A stretch of 64,000 nucleotides of DNA, from contig NC_043000.1 in assembly GCF_006345805.1 (NCBI RefSeq), positions 94,426,001-94,490,000 of the forward strand, given 5' to 3'. The stretch comes from Octopus sinensis (Eukaryota). The notes under the pieces were generated by a model, which searched no databases, was not told where the DNA came from, and saw only the letters and a list, made by a program, of their open reading frames with translations. Position numbers and translations under genes: made by a program. Positions 13,304 through 27,180 of this stretch are shown here, piece after piece (position 1 is the stretch's first letter; the number at the start of each line of letters is the position of its first letter).

Positions 13304-14164
13304 TAACAGAATAAAGGAAAATGACATATAGCAAAAATTTATGAGGATGGAAGCAAAACAAGGAATTATGGAAGTCAACTGTTACTTTGGATCACTTGTA
13401 TAGAAAAAGGTTTTAGCATGTACACTCTTGAGTTTTGCGGCTAAAAGGATTTTTTTTTTGTACTATAAGGAAGAAGTCATTTATACACACACGGGCACAC
13501 ACAGAGTCAGTCAGCCAGACAGATACACACGCATGAATCTATATTTACACATATATTTTTGTATGCCTATGTGTAATACATGCACTATGAATAACTATTG
13601 CAGAAAATATTCGGATTTAAGAAAGTTAGAGAAATCAAACACAGATTTAAACCGTCATACACAAAAGTTCCATTTGCTCACGCAATAAAATATAACATCA
13701 AGGGAGTAAACTCTTTCAAAAGTTATCTCCCTTGCAACAGTTTACTAGACTGCATGCGAAATTCAAGTTATTATTGAACCAAAGTAAATTATTGATTATA
13801 CAACCAAATGAGCTTCTAAATGGGTTGGCGATCTCATAGAAATAGCAGCTAAACATGCTTCAAATGACCTCTAAGTTTTTTAAGGACATATTCCTGGATT
13901 TCTTAAATATATGAAAATTTCATGAGACGCAGCGTGTGAGTCAACAAGAGATTCAGTATAGTCGATCGATCTGTTAGAAATAGCGACTAAACTTCCTAAA
14001 GATAACATGTTAGCATCTTTTAAATTATGTACAAATTGGACTGCATAGCCTCACACTTACAAGAATACAATCAATAAAGGGAACAAGCAAGTGGTGACTG
14101 TATATGTTAGAAACTCATTTAAATGTCTTAATATCAAAATATTTCATATATGGAATAAGGTACT

Positions 14165-14325
14165 GGAATGAAGTGCCGTTAGAAATCTCTCTTTGCAACG
14201 ATATGGTTCAAGGTTCATTCCCACTGCGCGGCACCTTGAACAAGAGTTTTGTCTTATAACTCAAGGCTTATCAATACCTTGTGAGTGAATGTTGTAGACA
14301 GAAACTGTGTGGAGGTCCGTTGTAT
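14165..14325 (+). mobile_element. Degenerate SINE family A head
   Basis: atggttcaaggttcattcccactgcgcggcaccttgaacaag...ccttgtgagtgaat. Confidence 0.6.
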
Positions 14326-14424
14326 ATACATACACTGGTAACACATACATACATACACAGACTCTACAGCAACAGACTGACTCGGCCCAAATAATGTGTG
14401 TGTGTGTGTGTGTTCTTATATATT

Positions 14425-14630
14425 TATCCTTTTCTTTGTTTCAGTCATTTGACTGCAACCATGCTGGAGCACCGCCTTGAGGGGTATTAGCCGATCAAAT
14501 CGACCCCAGGACTTCTGTTCTTAAGCTAAGAACTTATTCTATCGGTTTCTTTGGCCGAACCGCTAACTTACGTAAGAGACCAACACCGGTTGTCAAGCGA
14601 TGATGGGGGATAATACGCAGACACAATGAC
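14425..14630 (-). mobile_element. SINE family A, 3' half
   Basis: gtttcagtcatttgactgc...atgctggagcaccgcc...gaaccgctaa. Confidence 0.8.
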
Positions 14631-14699
14631 ACACACAAACACAGATATATATATATACATGTATGTATATGTGTGTGCATACACACACACATGCATATA

Positions 14700-14749
<50 letters not shown>

Positions 14750-14752
<3 letters not shown>

Positions 14753-15378
14753 CCTTTTCCATACTGAGACACTACTTAGTGAAATTTGTTGATTTTATTA
14801 AATTAATTATATTTCACCCTTTATCTGTATTGATTATTATACTCCCCTACGACAGAACTACGAATTTATTTTCGGCAGTATTATTTGTGACTCACGTGGA
14901 AAGAATTCCGGAGGGAAATACGAATTCACTCGTCTAATATAAATGTGGATATGCTGATTAGCTTGTTTGCCCCGATGTCGCCTGGTCGGTAAGATTTCCT
15001 AGCATTTCTAGATTTATTTACCGAAATATTATGTTGATAAAGGAAATGAATCTTTCATTCTAATCCAGAAACATGCGCCCATAATTGACCGTGGACTGTT
15101 TGATTTCGTTATTTTTCTTCTTTTTTTGCCACATAATGAGTTACAAATATTGTTGTCTGTGGAGACATATTTTTGTAGTAAAAGGAAATAGCAGTCCTCT
15201 GGCTGCTATTTCTAATACTTTCGGTATGTGGTCTAGCAACTTGTTGCTAAGACCTTCATTATTATAATTATATTAACTCTTACCGAATATGGTCCTTTTC
15301 CATACCGAAATACTACTTGGTGAAATTTGTTGATTTTATTAAATTAATTATATTTCACCCTTTATCTGTATTGATTAT
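14750..15378. repeat. ~85-bp direct repeat pair (14750-14838 and 15290-15378)
   Basis: gtccttttccatac...gtgaaatttgttgattttattaaattaattatatttcaccctttatctgtattgattat occurs twice. Confidence 0.85.
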
Positions 15379-15464
15379 ATATATATATATATATATATAA
15401 ATGCATGTATGTGTATATCCATAGATTGAGGATATAATCATTAAAGTGATTATATTTCAATTTT

Positions 15465-15765
15465 GTTTCAGTCATTTGACAGCGGCCATGCTGGAGCACC
15501 ACGTTTAGTCGAACAAATCGGTCCCAGAAGTTATTCTTTGTAAGTCTAGTACTTATTCTATCGGTCTCTTTCGCCGAATCGCTAATTTGCGGGGACGTAA
15601 ACACACCAGCATCGATGGTAAAAATATGGTTGGGTGGGGAGACAAACGCAGACACACAAACATATAGAAATATATACGACGGGCTTCTTTCAGTTTCCGT
15701 CTACCAAATCCACTCACAAGATTTTGGTCGACCCAAGGCTTGAGTAGAAGACACATTCCCAAGGT
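15465..15765 (-). mobile_element. SINE family A (head truncated)
   Basis: Same consensus as 2186-2573. Confidence 0.8.
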
Positions 15766-15799
15766 AAAACATAGTGGGAGGAGGCCCAGTCCATTACTT

Positions 15800-15930
15800 A
15801 ATTTATCGACCCCGAAAGGATGAAAGGCAAAGCCGACCTCAGCGGAATTTGAACTCAGAAGGTAAAAACAGATGAAATACCGCTAAGCATTTCGCCCGGC
15901 ATGCTAACGATTCTGCCAGCTCGCCGCCTT
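15800..15930 (-). mobile_element. SINE family B
   Basis: atttatcgaccccgaaaggatgaaaggc...ctgccagctcgccgcc. Confidence 0.8.
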
Positions 15931-16424
15931 TAATAATATTTGATAATAAAAATATAGTGGAACTTTTTAAAGCATCAAATGGCTACGAGGGTCCAGGAAA
16001 TAAAGGGATCAAATAGATGAATAAAATTGCTTGATAACCACTGGGTTAACCCGTACATGTTGGTGCCCCAGCATGGCCGCAGTTCAAAGACTGAATCAAG
16101 TAAAATAGTAAAAGAGAGATGGGCATTTAATGATAATTATGTTCCTTTCCTACACGTTTCTTCTTGTTTGTTTATCTTCTTTTATTTTATTTTATTTTAT
16201 TTTATTTTATTTTATCAGTTGATGTTTGTTTTATTTTCCCTTCATTATGTCTGTTCCGTTTGACAGTTAAATGTTCCCCTTACTTCTTGAGTATAATAAG
16301 AAACTGTGATGTCAAATCAATAAAAGAGGTCGAAAGTGTGTGAACTTCGGTTAGAAACAGAGCTGTAATTAACTGTTCACTTAAGTTCCCGGAATTATTA
16401 TTAATGTCATTATTAAGCAAGTCA

Positions 16425-16442
16425 TCATCATCATCATCATCA

Positions 16443-16479
<37 letters not shown>

Positions 16480-16855
16480 ACAGCAACATCATCATCGGCA
16501 TCAGCATCATCATCATCATCATCATCATAGTCATGATCGTCGTCGTCGGCGTCGTCGTTGTTTTGGTTATATCGTTTGGTCAGTGACGTACGTGTAAGGC
16601 CGGACGTAGCAGGTTTTATTGTGCAAAGCTGGACAACTGACCTAGCTCTCTTGTTTATACATCAATAAAACTTTCTAGATTTTCCAGTTTTGACTGAAGA
16701 CCAAGCAATGCTGACGCCATCTTCATCATCATTAACACCGCCACCGTCGTCATCCTACTCCTCAGCTTCATATGATGACGATAATGATAATGATGACGAT
16801 GATGATGATGATGTTGATCATCATCATCATCATCATTATAATCATCATCATCATC

Positions 16856-16892
<37 letters not shown>

Positions 16893-16990
16893 CCACCACA
16901 ACAACATTCATCAACATCGTCGTCATCGTCATCGTCGTCGCCATCATTGTTGTCATCATCATCATCGCCTTCACCACATTATCCTTATAG
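16425..16990. repeat. (CAT)n/(GAT)n low-complexity tracts
   Basis: Direct reading. Source of the poly-His/Asp/Met ORFs. Confidence 0.9.
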
Positions 16991-17002
16991 TTGTTGCCAT
17001 CA

Positions 17003-17370
17003 TTAAGGCGGCGAGCTGGCAGAAACGTTAGCACGCCGGGCGAAATGCTTAGCCGTATTTCGTCTGCCGTTACGTTCTGAGTTCAAATTCCGCCGAGGTC
17101 GACTTTGCCTTTCATCCTTTTCGGGGTCGATTAAATAAGTACCAGTTACGCACTGGGGCCGATATAATCAACTTAATCAGTTTGTCTGTCCTTGTTTGTC
17201 CTCTTTGTGTTTAGCTCCTTATGGGTAGTAAAGAAATAGGTATTTCGTCGGACTTTACGTTCTGAGTTCAAATTCCGCCCAGGTCGACTTTGCTTTTCAT
17301 CCTTTCGGTGTCGATAAATTAAGTACCAGTTGCGTGCTGGGGTCGATATTATCGACTGACCCCCTACAGT
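17003..17370 (+). mobile_element. SINE family B, dimeric form
   Basis: Full monomer ending gtagtaaagaaatagg, followed by a second tatttcgtc...ggggtcgat unit. Same structure as 60117-60520. Confidence 0.85.
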
Positions 17371-17799
17371 AGAAAAGTTGTTGCCATCATCATCATCATC
17401 TTCTTCTTCTTCTTCACAATCAACATCTTCTTCATCATCACCACGATAGCTTTATAGTCAACGCCATCCTTACCTTCATCAACGTCGTTGTAGTAGTCGT
17501 CGTCGTCGTGTTCGCTGTCGTCGCCGCCGTCGTAGTCCTCGTATCACGACCATCACCATCATCATCATGATCGTCACCACTAACACATGACCATTATACT
17601 CCTAATCATAACCACTACCACCACCAGCTTCCTTACAGCCGTTATGGTCATCACAATCATTATCTCTATGTTCACCCCTGCGACTGACTTTTAATTGTCA
17701 CCAACAATGGAGACACTGACTGAATTTCCCATCGCCTTAGAAATAAATGACGAAGAAATCTTTATGAACTTCCAAACCAAATTATATAACATATATATA

Positions 17800-18230
17800 A
17801 GAGCGATGACCACTAAGTGGACATCCATTATGCTAGATGTAGACCCCATATGGTCTGACCACCAAGAAAAGATAGTTCTCAAGACAATTCAGCGCCAAAA
17901 CGAAGACTTTTGAAATGTAACCCCAAATGTAATTGGTAGAACTATATGCATGTTCAATCTCATGCGGACGTCTCGTGTATAGTTCTGCAGATTATATTTT
18001 GCTATGATGATCACACTGATGAATTGCGGACATTTACGTAAATATTACGTAAGTGGCAACAATGAAACCGGGTTTATGATTAATCTTTATACTTTGTATT
18101 TTTTCATTTGTCTTGCTCGCTTACGTTCCGGCGTTTGCTGAATTTCTTTGAGAACAATCTTTTCTTAGTGGCCAGACCATATGGGGTCTACATCTAGCAT
18201 AATGGATGTCCACTTAGTGATCATCCCTCG
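17800..18230. mobile_element. MITE-like element with ~93-bp inverted arms and mariner-like ends
   Basis: Arms 17800-17892 and 18137-18230. The right end reads TA|CGAGGGATGATCACTAAG on the - strand, with TA flanks. Confidence 0.65.
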
Positions 18231-18429
18231 TATATATATGTAATATAATTTTTCTGAATCTTCAGATTTTTCAATATGCTAGGCCACTGGTTTTAAATTG
18301 ATGTTAATCAAATTAATATTCAATCTTTAACCCTTATCATTTATATATATGTATATATATACACACATATATATATATATATATATGGTGAATACGTTGA
18401 TTAATTAATAAATTAATTTGTATTAATTA

Positions 18430-19085
18430 GATTCTACCCCCACCCCACTTCATCGTCACTCTTCCCTCGTAATGCCTAACCCAACCCTACACATTCCACC
18501 CCACCTTCACTATCCTTCCCCATCCCACTGCACCCCATCCTTATACCCACTTCCACATACCCCACCTCTACCCCAACCCCCTGCCTACCCACATACCCCA
18601 CTCTCAGTCTAACCCACACCCCACCCTTGCTTTCCCCACTCTAACCTCCCCCACCTCCCAACACCATCACACCACATCACACACCACAACACCTTACAAC
18701 ACCATACCACACAGCACATCACATCACAACACACCAACACGCATACATCTTCACTGACCATTTCCCAGACCCACAGTTTCACACCTACACACACACACAC
18801 GCACACGTCAAGATCACCAGCCCTCTTCCACACGCACATACAAACTCTCTTATACCCACGCACGTAAACCTTCGTTTTGAGATCACCACTACTTTATTAT
18901 CTCCCCTTCTCCCTAGCTCTCCTGTGTGACCCTTCTGTCCAACATTCGCCATGATAGATCACTAGCCACTACACATTCTTTATTTGCTCTCCTTGTTTCT
19001 TTCTGTGGAAGAGCGTAGGCTCGAAACTAATACATCTGTTTGTTGACTACACCACCTGTCTTCGTCTTTTGCTGTTTTTTGGGAA
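18430..19085 (+). mobile_element. Penelope-like element 3' tail (paralog of 57330-57965)
   Basis: C/A-rich tract, ccttcgtttt..gatcac..tactttattatctcccc, ctgtggaagagcgtaggctcgaaac and cacctgtcttcgtctttt are shared with the GIY-YIG-bearing copy. Confidence 0.65.
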
Positions 19086-19098
19086 TTCTGCCGATATA

Positions 19099-19601
19099 TC
19101 TATATATATAAAACTCTAGTTGTGTGAGTGTCTGTCCCCTTCGATTTAGATTCCTAACTCCTCCCACATTTTGCGGTGCAGTTTAACCAAATTCGGGTAT
19201 CTTATAGTCGTGATTCATATCGAGCCCGTCTGATTATTAGCGCGCGTCAACAATGAGTCTACGATTTAAAAAATAATTTAACATCATTTTTTATTCCATT
19301 TTAATGCATAAATGCATCGTGTGTCGATGGCGGCGGAGTTGGCGTCCACGCTCACAGCTGCACCTGTTGCTTCTCCCCCTTCCCTCCCTCGTGAAGCTGT
19401 GGGGAAGGGATTGTAAAGAAATCAACGTCGTAAGCGTTGTGAAGGAGACCAGCGTTCTTTTAGAACAACGACTTCATGGCTTGAAGACACCAAAACAGAA
19501 ATGGCTACGAAAGCCCGAATTTATAAGGGAAGTAACTCTCTAAAAATGTTTATATAGTTATTTCCCTTACAAACCCGAGCAACGCCGGGCGATACTGCTA
19601 G
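19099..19601 (+). mobile_element. Non-autonomous Helitron
   Basis: A|TCTATATATATAAAA 5' end and cccgagcaacgccgggcgatactgCTAG|T 3' end. Confidence 0.85.
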
Positions 19602-19604
19602 TAT

Positions 19605-20935
19605 TCAATAAAATAGTGGCCCACAATGTGTTTGCAGTGCCAGTACTTATACCAACATTTGGGCTGCTTGATTGGACGCTTGATGAGATCTGAGCCATTG
19701 ATGTGAAAACTCGGAAAATACTAACAAGCGCACATAAAATCCACAGAAACAGTGACGTAGACCGCTTTTACCCAAAACGAAAACAGGCGACAGACGCTTA
19801 ACATCGATCTAAAATGCCTTTGAATGTCGTATCATATCCCTTCGGCAACATCTTTTAACGATCAAGTGTCGAAGTGTATCCCTCGACCAAGTTTGCATAC
19901 ATGCGGCTGATAACATCATAAAACTTGGAAGGCAACTCCTTGAGTAACAGTCTTTGTATGATAACTTCAAATACAGGCCCAAAGAAGTCACACGATTCTA
20001 TCGCAACGAATCATCAGATGAAGGAATGAGCATATGTGAGCAGAAGACTATGCATGGAAATATTAGTAGAAAGCTCCGAGATGATAGTAACATTGATCAT
20101 CATAGCAGTTTATCATGAACCAATAACCGGATTACCATTTCCCACTTTGAAAGGTATGCATTTGCAATCCAGGAACAGGAAGCATCAACAAAATACCTGA
20201 TGCTCAAAAGGGATAGAGATGCAGGAAAAGCAGTAAAATGTGACAACCGATGCAGAATTCGTGGAGTTAACACCGAAGATATAACCCAAATCAAAAGCAG
20301 TTGTCCAAAAATGCCATCACGGTATTATCTCCCTATGAGACATGATGTAGCTAGGACACTCTATAATGAAATCCACCAGAAGGATAATCCCGAGGACAAA
20401 GAAATAAGAATCCACAGTATGGAAGAAACCAATGCCACTCATAATAAAAAGGAGTACTGGAGAAATGTCCCAGTTAAGACCGTGTTAAAATGTAAGCACA
20501 ACCGACCTGATATAAGGATTTGAGATAGAGAAGAGAAACTGCGTACAGTTGTGGAAATTAACTACCCAGCAGATGTTAACATGAAGTTGAAAATCATTGA
20601 AAAAGAGAATACCTATGCTGAACTGTTGAGATTCCAAATGCAGCTTTATACATGTAACTATCGGGGCCCTGGGATATGTAACATTGTCTAAATACCAATC
20701 TTGAGAAATTAGGCTTCTCAGAACTAGAAGAGAGAAAGCTAGTTTGAAGAATATAGATCCAATCCATCACTGGATGTGTAAAAGTCTGTAAAACTTTCCA
20801 GAAGTTTAGCATTTAAATATATATGAGCATGTCTAGATATGCAACTATATGCATGAGAACACATACATAAAACAAAATATATAAATCTGCACATATACAA
20901 ACAAACAAAAAATCATACATACATACATACATACA

Positions 20936-20967
<32 letters not shown>

Positions 20968-21090
20968 CATATACATACATACCCTATTGTTGATGTTGAA
21001 ATTCCAATGCAGGAGCCTTCGATCTCGGTTAAAAACCGTTTCTTTCTCTGATGGAAAGAAATCTTGAAATAAACCTGAATAATGACGTAC
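19605..21090 (+). mobile_element. Decayed RLE-type (R4/Dong-like) LINE, (CATA)n-associated family
   Basis: Disrupted ORF2 remnants: HRNSDVDR, EGYAFAIQEQE, CDNRCRI...RHDVA, CKHNRPDIRI, PADVN, GALG. The 3' UTR contains and ends in (ATAC)n. Confidence 0.8.
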
Positions 21091-21659
21091 ATACATGCGT
21101 ACACATACACACACGCTTACATACACATACACACACATATACATATATAAGAATTCAATGTTTACGTCTGAGCTTGTTAAGAAAGTAATTTACACACATC
21201 ATTTAAATAGCCGTGCTGTTACTGTTTAGTCTCAAGACAGGGCTAATCGAGCGGAACCTGTGACCAAAGACCTTCCAGTCGCAATCATTATATGTGGGAT
21301 GAGCGAGTAAAGAGAGATTTAGCTGTTATTTCTAGCATCTGGAGAGACCACTTTAAAGCTCTCTCTCTCTCTCTCTCTCTTTTTCTCTCTTTCTCGTTGC
21401 CACGTAAATGAAAGCGGCGAAATAAATAGGAGACTATAGTTAATAGGCAATTGTAATGCGGAGTGATCATTAAATCTTGTCTCTGTGGAAAAGTCATCGT
21501 AGCCCTCCTACAGCCTTTCTGTTTCGTAAGATGCCACTATATTGTTATTAGGCTATTTCGAACACTGGATTGTCATTATTGATCTTTCATTTAGTATTTT
21601 TACTTTTTTAATGTCTTTTGTTTTATCTATGTGCTTATTTAGTCCTTGTATTACTCGTT

Positions 21660-22150
21660 GGTGGAGGCGCAATGGCCCAGTGGTTAGGGCAGCGGACTCG
21701 CGGTCGTAGGATCGCGGTTTCGATACATAGACCGGGCATTGTGAGTGTTTATTGAGCGAAAAAACCTAAAGCTCCACGAGGCATCGGCAGGGGGTGGGGG
21801 TGAAACCTGCTGTACTCTTTTACCACAACTTTCTCTCACTCTTTTTTCCTGTTTCTGTTGTACCTGTATTTCAAAGGGCCAGCCTTGTCACACTCTGTTT
21901 CACGCTGAATGAAGGGTACACTGTCTGTGGAGTGCTTAGCTACTTGTACGTTAATAAATGAACTGCGACATCACTGGTGCCAAGCTGTATTGGCCTTTGC
22001 CTTTCCCTTGGATAACATCGGTGGCGTGGAGAGAGGAGGCTTGTATGCGTGGGTGACTGCTGGTCTTACATAAACAACCTTGCCCAGACTTGTGCCTGGA
22101 GGGTAACTTTCTAGGTGCAATCCCATGGTCATTCATGACCGAAGCGGGGT
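21660..22150 (+). mobile_element. tRNA-derived SINE, family C-like
   Basis: ggcgcaatggcccagtggttagggcagcggactc...cggtttcgat tRNA-like head. The 3' half is homologous to 4203-4390. Confidence 0.8.
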
Positions 22151-22441
22151 CACAATATATATTACTCGTTGACGAGCAATTTTCGACTGTTCTACGCACT
22201 TATCCATCTCTACCTCTCTTCCTCTTTCGACCACATTCTCGTCCTACTCTATTTATCTGTATATTTCCTCTTTCCTCTCTTTCTTTCCCTCCCTTATTTT
22301 ACTCTCTCTTTCTTTCTCGCTCTTTGTTTTTAGCCAAAAAAAAAAGCGCAGCAACATGGCCGATGGAGAACCCCACGCTCTTTCTCCCACACATCAATAT
22401 AAACAAGGCTACCAGCTCGTGTTAGATTCATTGGTAGACTT

Positions 22442-22478
22442 CTGACTACGAGACACAGCGTGTCGAAACACTAGTGTC
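22442..22478 (+). ncRNA. Degenerate minimal hammerhead-like motif
   Basis: CTGAC(TAC)GA GACAC agc GTGTC GAAA CACTAGTGT C: perfect stem II, palindromic stem III and GUC triplet, but a 3-nt core insertion and no clear stem I. Confidence 0.3.
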
Positions 22479-22894
22479 TTTGAAACCCCTGTATTAATGA
22501 ATTTGGTATGTTATGAACATATTGCTGGTATTAAAGGGGATGTTTTCGCGTGTCGAATACAACAGTGATTCGCAGATTTGTGGTCGAATCTGCCGAAATG
22601 CATGAAGAATAAATAAGCAAGTTACGGATTCGAATATCCTTGTTCACTGTACAAATGACGATTTATATATAAAATATTTATCCGATAGAATGGCACATAT
22701 TATAGGCGGTTGGAAAATGTTCATCAGCTGATATCTTCGAAGGAACTAATAAAAATAAAACACTTGTAAAGTGCTGAAAATCTAGAAACAACACACAAGG
22801 GAGATAACCCCAATAAGCCCAGTTAATCGAAATATAAACAATACAGGTTGTCGTGGTTCTGGTCTTTTAATAAAAGCAGTATATATATATATAT

Positions 22895-23095
22895 ACACCG
22901 TTATACCGTTGGCGACTTTTTTCCTCTGTCTTCCCTTCTCTGGATCTTTCCTTCTCCTATGTTTCCGACGAAGAGCTGCGCTCGAAACGTTAAACCCTCC
23001 TTCTTTCCTTCTTTCCTCAGCGTCCGATAATACTATATTTGCTCCACGTCCTCGCGTTGTTGTGTTTTTTGTGCTTTCTTGTTTGGATTAACTAT
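22895..23095 (+). mobile_element. ~200-bp TA-flanked repeat carrying a hammerhead-like motif (22961-22995)
   Basis: gttt CCGACGA A GAGC tgc GCTC GAAACGT T aaac, with (TA)n on both sides. Confidence 0.65.
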
Positions 23096-26000
23096 ATATA
23101 TATATATATATATTATTTGTGTCGAATCAGTCTCTTTTTACTGTAGGTAGTCAAGTAGGTTCATGCTTGAACTGCTTTAGCTCTTAAACTGAAAATAGTG
23201 TCGGACCTTTTTGAAAAGACAAGTGCTTTCAATAGGAAGAGCTTAAAACCGACTGGTAGAAGAAATTTACGATGTCAAAACGTGTGAACTTGTTCGACAT
23301 TTTTGTTCTTCATGTCGTTGAACCATCGCTAGCAGATGTGTTGTTGTTCCATTGTAATAGTTTTGTCACATGTCTAATTTTGAAGTTGATGTTTACTAAG
23401 ATTTATTTGCTTATTACGCCTTTCTACAATGCAGCCCTAAAAGCATCTACGTTCAAAGAAATATTAGAATAAATACTTACAACACACAAATGTACTCTCA
23501 AATGCATTTTAAAAAATATTACATGCATCAATGAATTGATCTATCATTCAGTTTAAATGTAGCTATAAATGTTAAAAAAAGAAATAAACTTCCGAAAACT
23601 ATTCAACAAATGTTACTAATGCAAAAATAGATACCACAAGTCATTGAATAGGAACAATATAAAAGCTAGTTATAGGTTCGTAAGAAACGAAATGCGTATA
23701 TTCCAAGCTGTAAACAACATAAATAACTACACATCTTAGAAATCCACAGCCCACAACCGAAAATAAATGAACCCGTAACGGATCCAGGCTATATCTGTAC
23801 AGAATTCTACATGTATTTTCAATTAACGGGTATATATTTAGAAAGGAATAAACCAACAAAAACTATATCAGAATAAGAAGTGGAGCAATCACAGTCATAT
23901 AAATATAACACATATACTGATTTGGCAATATTGATGGAAGAAATACAATGTTCCTACTGAAGCACTCCTGGGCTTTTAAAGAAAAAAATAAAATAGCATA
24001 AAACATCTCGAGAATATAGACTGAACCATTCTTTACATATTTGGATACAATATATTCCTTTGTGTACGTCCGAAATATATGATCATAATCACGCAACAAA
24101 CGTGTTTATTCAACAAGCACGTTTGTTGTGAGATTACGTTACTGGGAGAAAAAGTTATTTTAAGACTGGTGCAAACTGCAACGCAACAGCAGTTAAATAG
24201 CAGTGGAGATACAATACTAAGACCAATGGAACAACAAAATTTAGTGACAATTTCTGAAGACAACTAAAAAAAAAACAGACTGACAAACGGACATATGAAG
24301 AACATATTCAGTGACTTTGTTTATAAAGTAACAACTGACTGAATAGAACGAATACTTCAGTAAAGCGGGATATACATGATGTAATCAGTAGATAGATACA
24401 GGATAACCACTGAAACATAGAAAGAAAAAGAAGATTCAGCATAGAAAATCACGATGAGGTTTCTCAATTGACAAGCAGAGATGAAGTTGTCCATGGGAAA
24501 GGAAAACAAAAAAAAGAAATATTTTACAAAACAAAAGACAGGTTATAAGAATTATATGCAAATAAACAAATGAGAAAGCGGACAAACTAAAAATATTTAT
24601 TAGAAACATTAATGTATATTAATGTTTCCAATATATATATTGCAAACATTAATAACTTCAGCAGCTAGAAGTAAATCTTTGACAAAAAAATTACATAAAT
24701 GAGTTAAATACGAGGAAGAGCAACGGAAACATAGAACAACCAGTGAATATATAACACAAATTGTAAAAGAGATAAAATGAATGTGACAACTATAATAAAA
24801 CAGGAAATATAAGTGACATAATTAACCAACGGAAACCATTGAACCAACCGATGACTAGGCAACAAACAAATAAACAACACTAGCAAAAATTATACACACA
24901 CAGGATAGCATGGCACACCAAACAAACAATAACAACGCCACTGTAAGGTTGATTTTTTTAAATATATGTGGCAAAATTTTCAAATATTGGAGACAGGTGT
25001 TGAGGTGATGGAGTGAGAAAAGACTTGCAACGTCAGGGAAAACGTTTGCAAGTATTTGTTCCAACTATTGATATTCAGACATTAAATCCAACTGAGGTTT
25101 GTTTTGCCTTTTATCCTTAACACGATTGATATTGAGTACACTACGATCAAATCACACACTAATAACTTGAGTTATGGTACTTTGAATAGCTGCGGATATT
25201 TTGGAAAATTATAAAGAATCACAGAATCATAAGTTGTTTTGATGTATTTTTTCTGAAGCTTTTGAGTCTTCAAATGGTGTGACTTCTACATAAGAAGTAC
25301 TGAAGGGGTAGTTTTAGAGGATATCCTCCTTGATAACAATATTTTTTGTTATACGCTTGTCCCCGCATCAATTTTTAGAGTTATTAAAATACTCCATATG
25401 CAGCTCCATACAACAGATTATGGAGAAATATTAGTTTACAAATATCTGAAGCAACATCCGTCAATATTTCTTTTCTTGAGACTTATTTATTGCTATTCAA
25501 AATGCTAAACGTATTGGGCACTGATTTCTCTTAAAAGATAATAGTAAATTGGTGTCACTCTGGCACAGTATGAGCCATGAAAGCGAAACCTTTTAACCTG
25601 ATCGTTAATCGTTTTTCTGTACCAGTACGACAATATGCTGGTGCAATATGCTTTAATAAATATTAATATGCCAGTCTTCACTCTTATTTTCATATTAGAG
25701 GAATGAGCATATGTCTGCACTTAAGCCCGAGGTGTACTTTAAGATATTTATGTATTACTTATAATTACTTACGAATAATGTAAATAATATAATATTGTGT
25801 CTATAATAAATTATCTTCGATTTAATTTCTACAGCTTATCAATCAATTATCTTACGAATAATTTTCCGGGTACGAAAGATTATGTTTCTGATTTCATTCT
25901 ATAAATAAGATATTATTTATATTATTCGTTTAAAGACAGTAGCAGTAATATAAATATTACATTAATAAATAAATTCTGTCTCTGATTGTATTCCATAGTT

Positions 26001-26133
26001 TATTGAATGAATACTGTATTGTTAATAGATTATTCTTAGGTTTTGTTTCATAGATTATTAGTCTAATGACGTACGAATGATATATACATGTGCGTGTGTG
26101 TGTGCGTGGATACATACATATACACACACACAT

Positions 26134-26174
<41 letters not shown>

Positions 26175-26394
26175 ACAATATATATACATATATGCATTTA
26201 TGCATGCACATACATTTGTACATATATGTATCAATAAGCAACAGATGAATCTAGCCTACCCTGGATGCATATGTAGAGAGAAATCTAAATGTCCTATATG
26301 ACAGAAGTGCAATATATCTTCCGTTGTTTATGAAACACAGATTTCAGCAAGCTACAACAATAGTCGTACAGAGATGAAACGTCGTTATAACGGA

Positions 26395-26700
26395 GCAGTG
26401 GAAATAAAATCTGAATCCAAGCATAACAACCATCTTTCGAATTTTAGACACCGATAAGAGACATTCAACGCTTTCGGTTTTAATCTGGAAACATAAAGAC
26501 AAAGAGACCAGTTTTGGCATTAAATGTAAAATCCTCTCCAAAACCGGACCCTATATTAACGGTTTCAAAAAATGTTCAGTACTTACTCTCGAAAATTTTT
26601 ATCTGTTAAAGAACATGAGAAACTCCAACGAATACATAAATTCCAAGAACAAGATTTTTGTGTGTGTGTATTTTCTCATTTCAAGAAATACATATTGTAG
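26395..26700 (+). mobile_element. Penelope-like GIY-YIG C-terminal remnant
   Basis: Frameshifted translation STLSVLIWKHKDKETSFGIKCKILSKTGPYINGFKKC resembles the PLE endonuclease tail (ELSKYIW.LK...I.W.I...Y...KC). Confidence 0.55.
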
Positions 26701-27131
26701 GAATTTAAACGTGGATAACCGGACACTTAGTAAACCATTAGCATTTTTGATTACGTCTGTTCGGTATCTTAATATTGAAGGATTGATTAACTCCCTTGTG
26801 TTTTTCTTCTTGGCTTCTTCCTTTCTCACGTCTCTTGTTTATCTGCTCAAAAGGCAACTGAATAGCGGTCTTGTTCTCAGCGTGAAAAAAATTAGTGAAA
26901 TTTATTGTTATTTCAACCAGAAAAACCTGGGTACCTGTATTAAACGAGATTCGTGGGTTTTGTTATAACATCACATGCGCGCGGGCACAGCTACTTTTAT
27001 AAATTCTATTGTTTGATTCAAGTTGCGGCTTCCTATTAAACAGTTATTTACTTCACACATGCACACACAAATATAAAACAACAACAACAACAACAACAAT
27101 AATAATAATAATAATGATGATGATGATGATA

Positions 27132-27162
<31 letters not shown>

Positions 27163-27180
27163 TTATAATGATAATAATAT

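Noticed and set aside
21660-21740. tRNA-like sequences here and at 4450-4533 and 56599-56670
   Set aside because: They are SINE heads: no complete cloverleaf, and they continue directly into repeat bodies.
23100-26000. Several 60-80-aa ORFs in unique AT-rich DNA
   Set aside because: No motifs or chained splice sites. Small exons cannot be excluded without RNA data.
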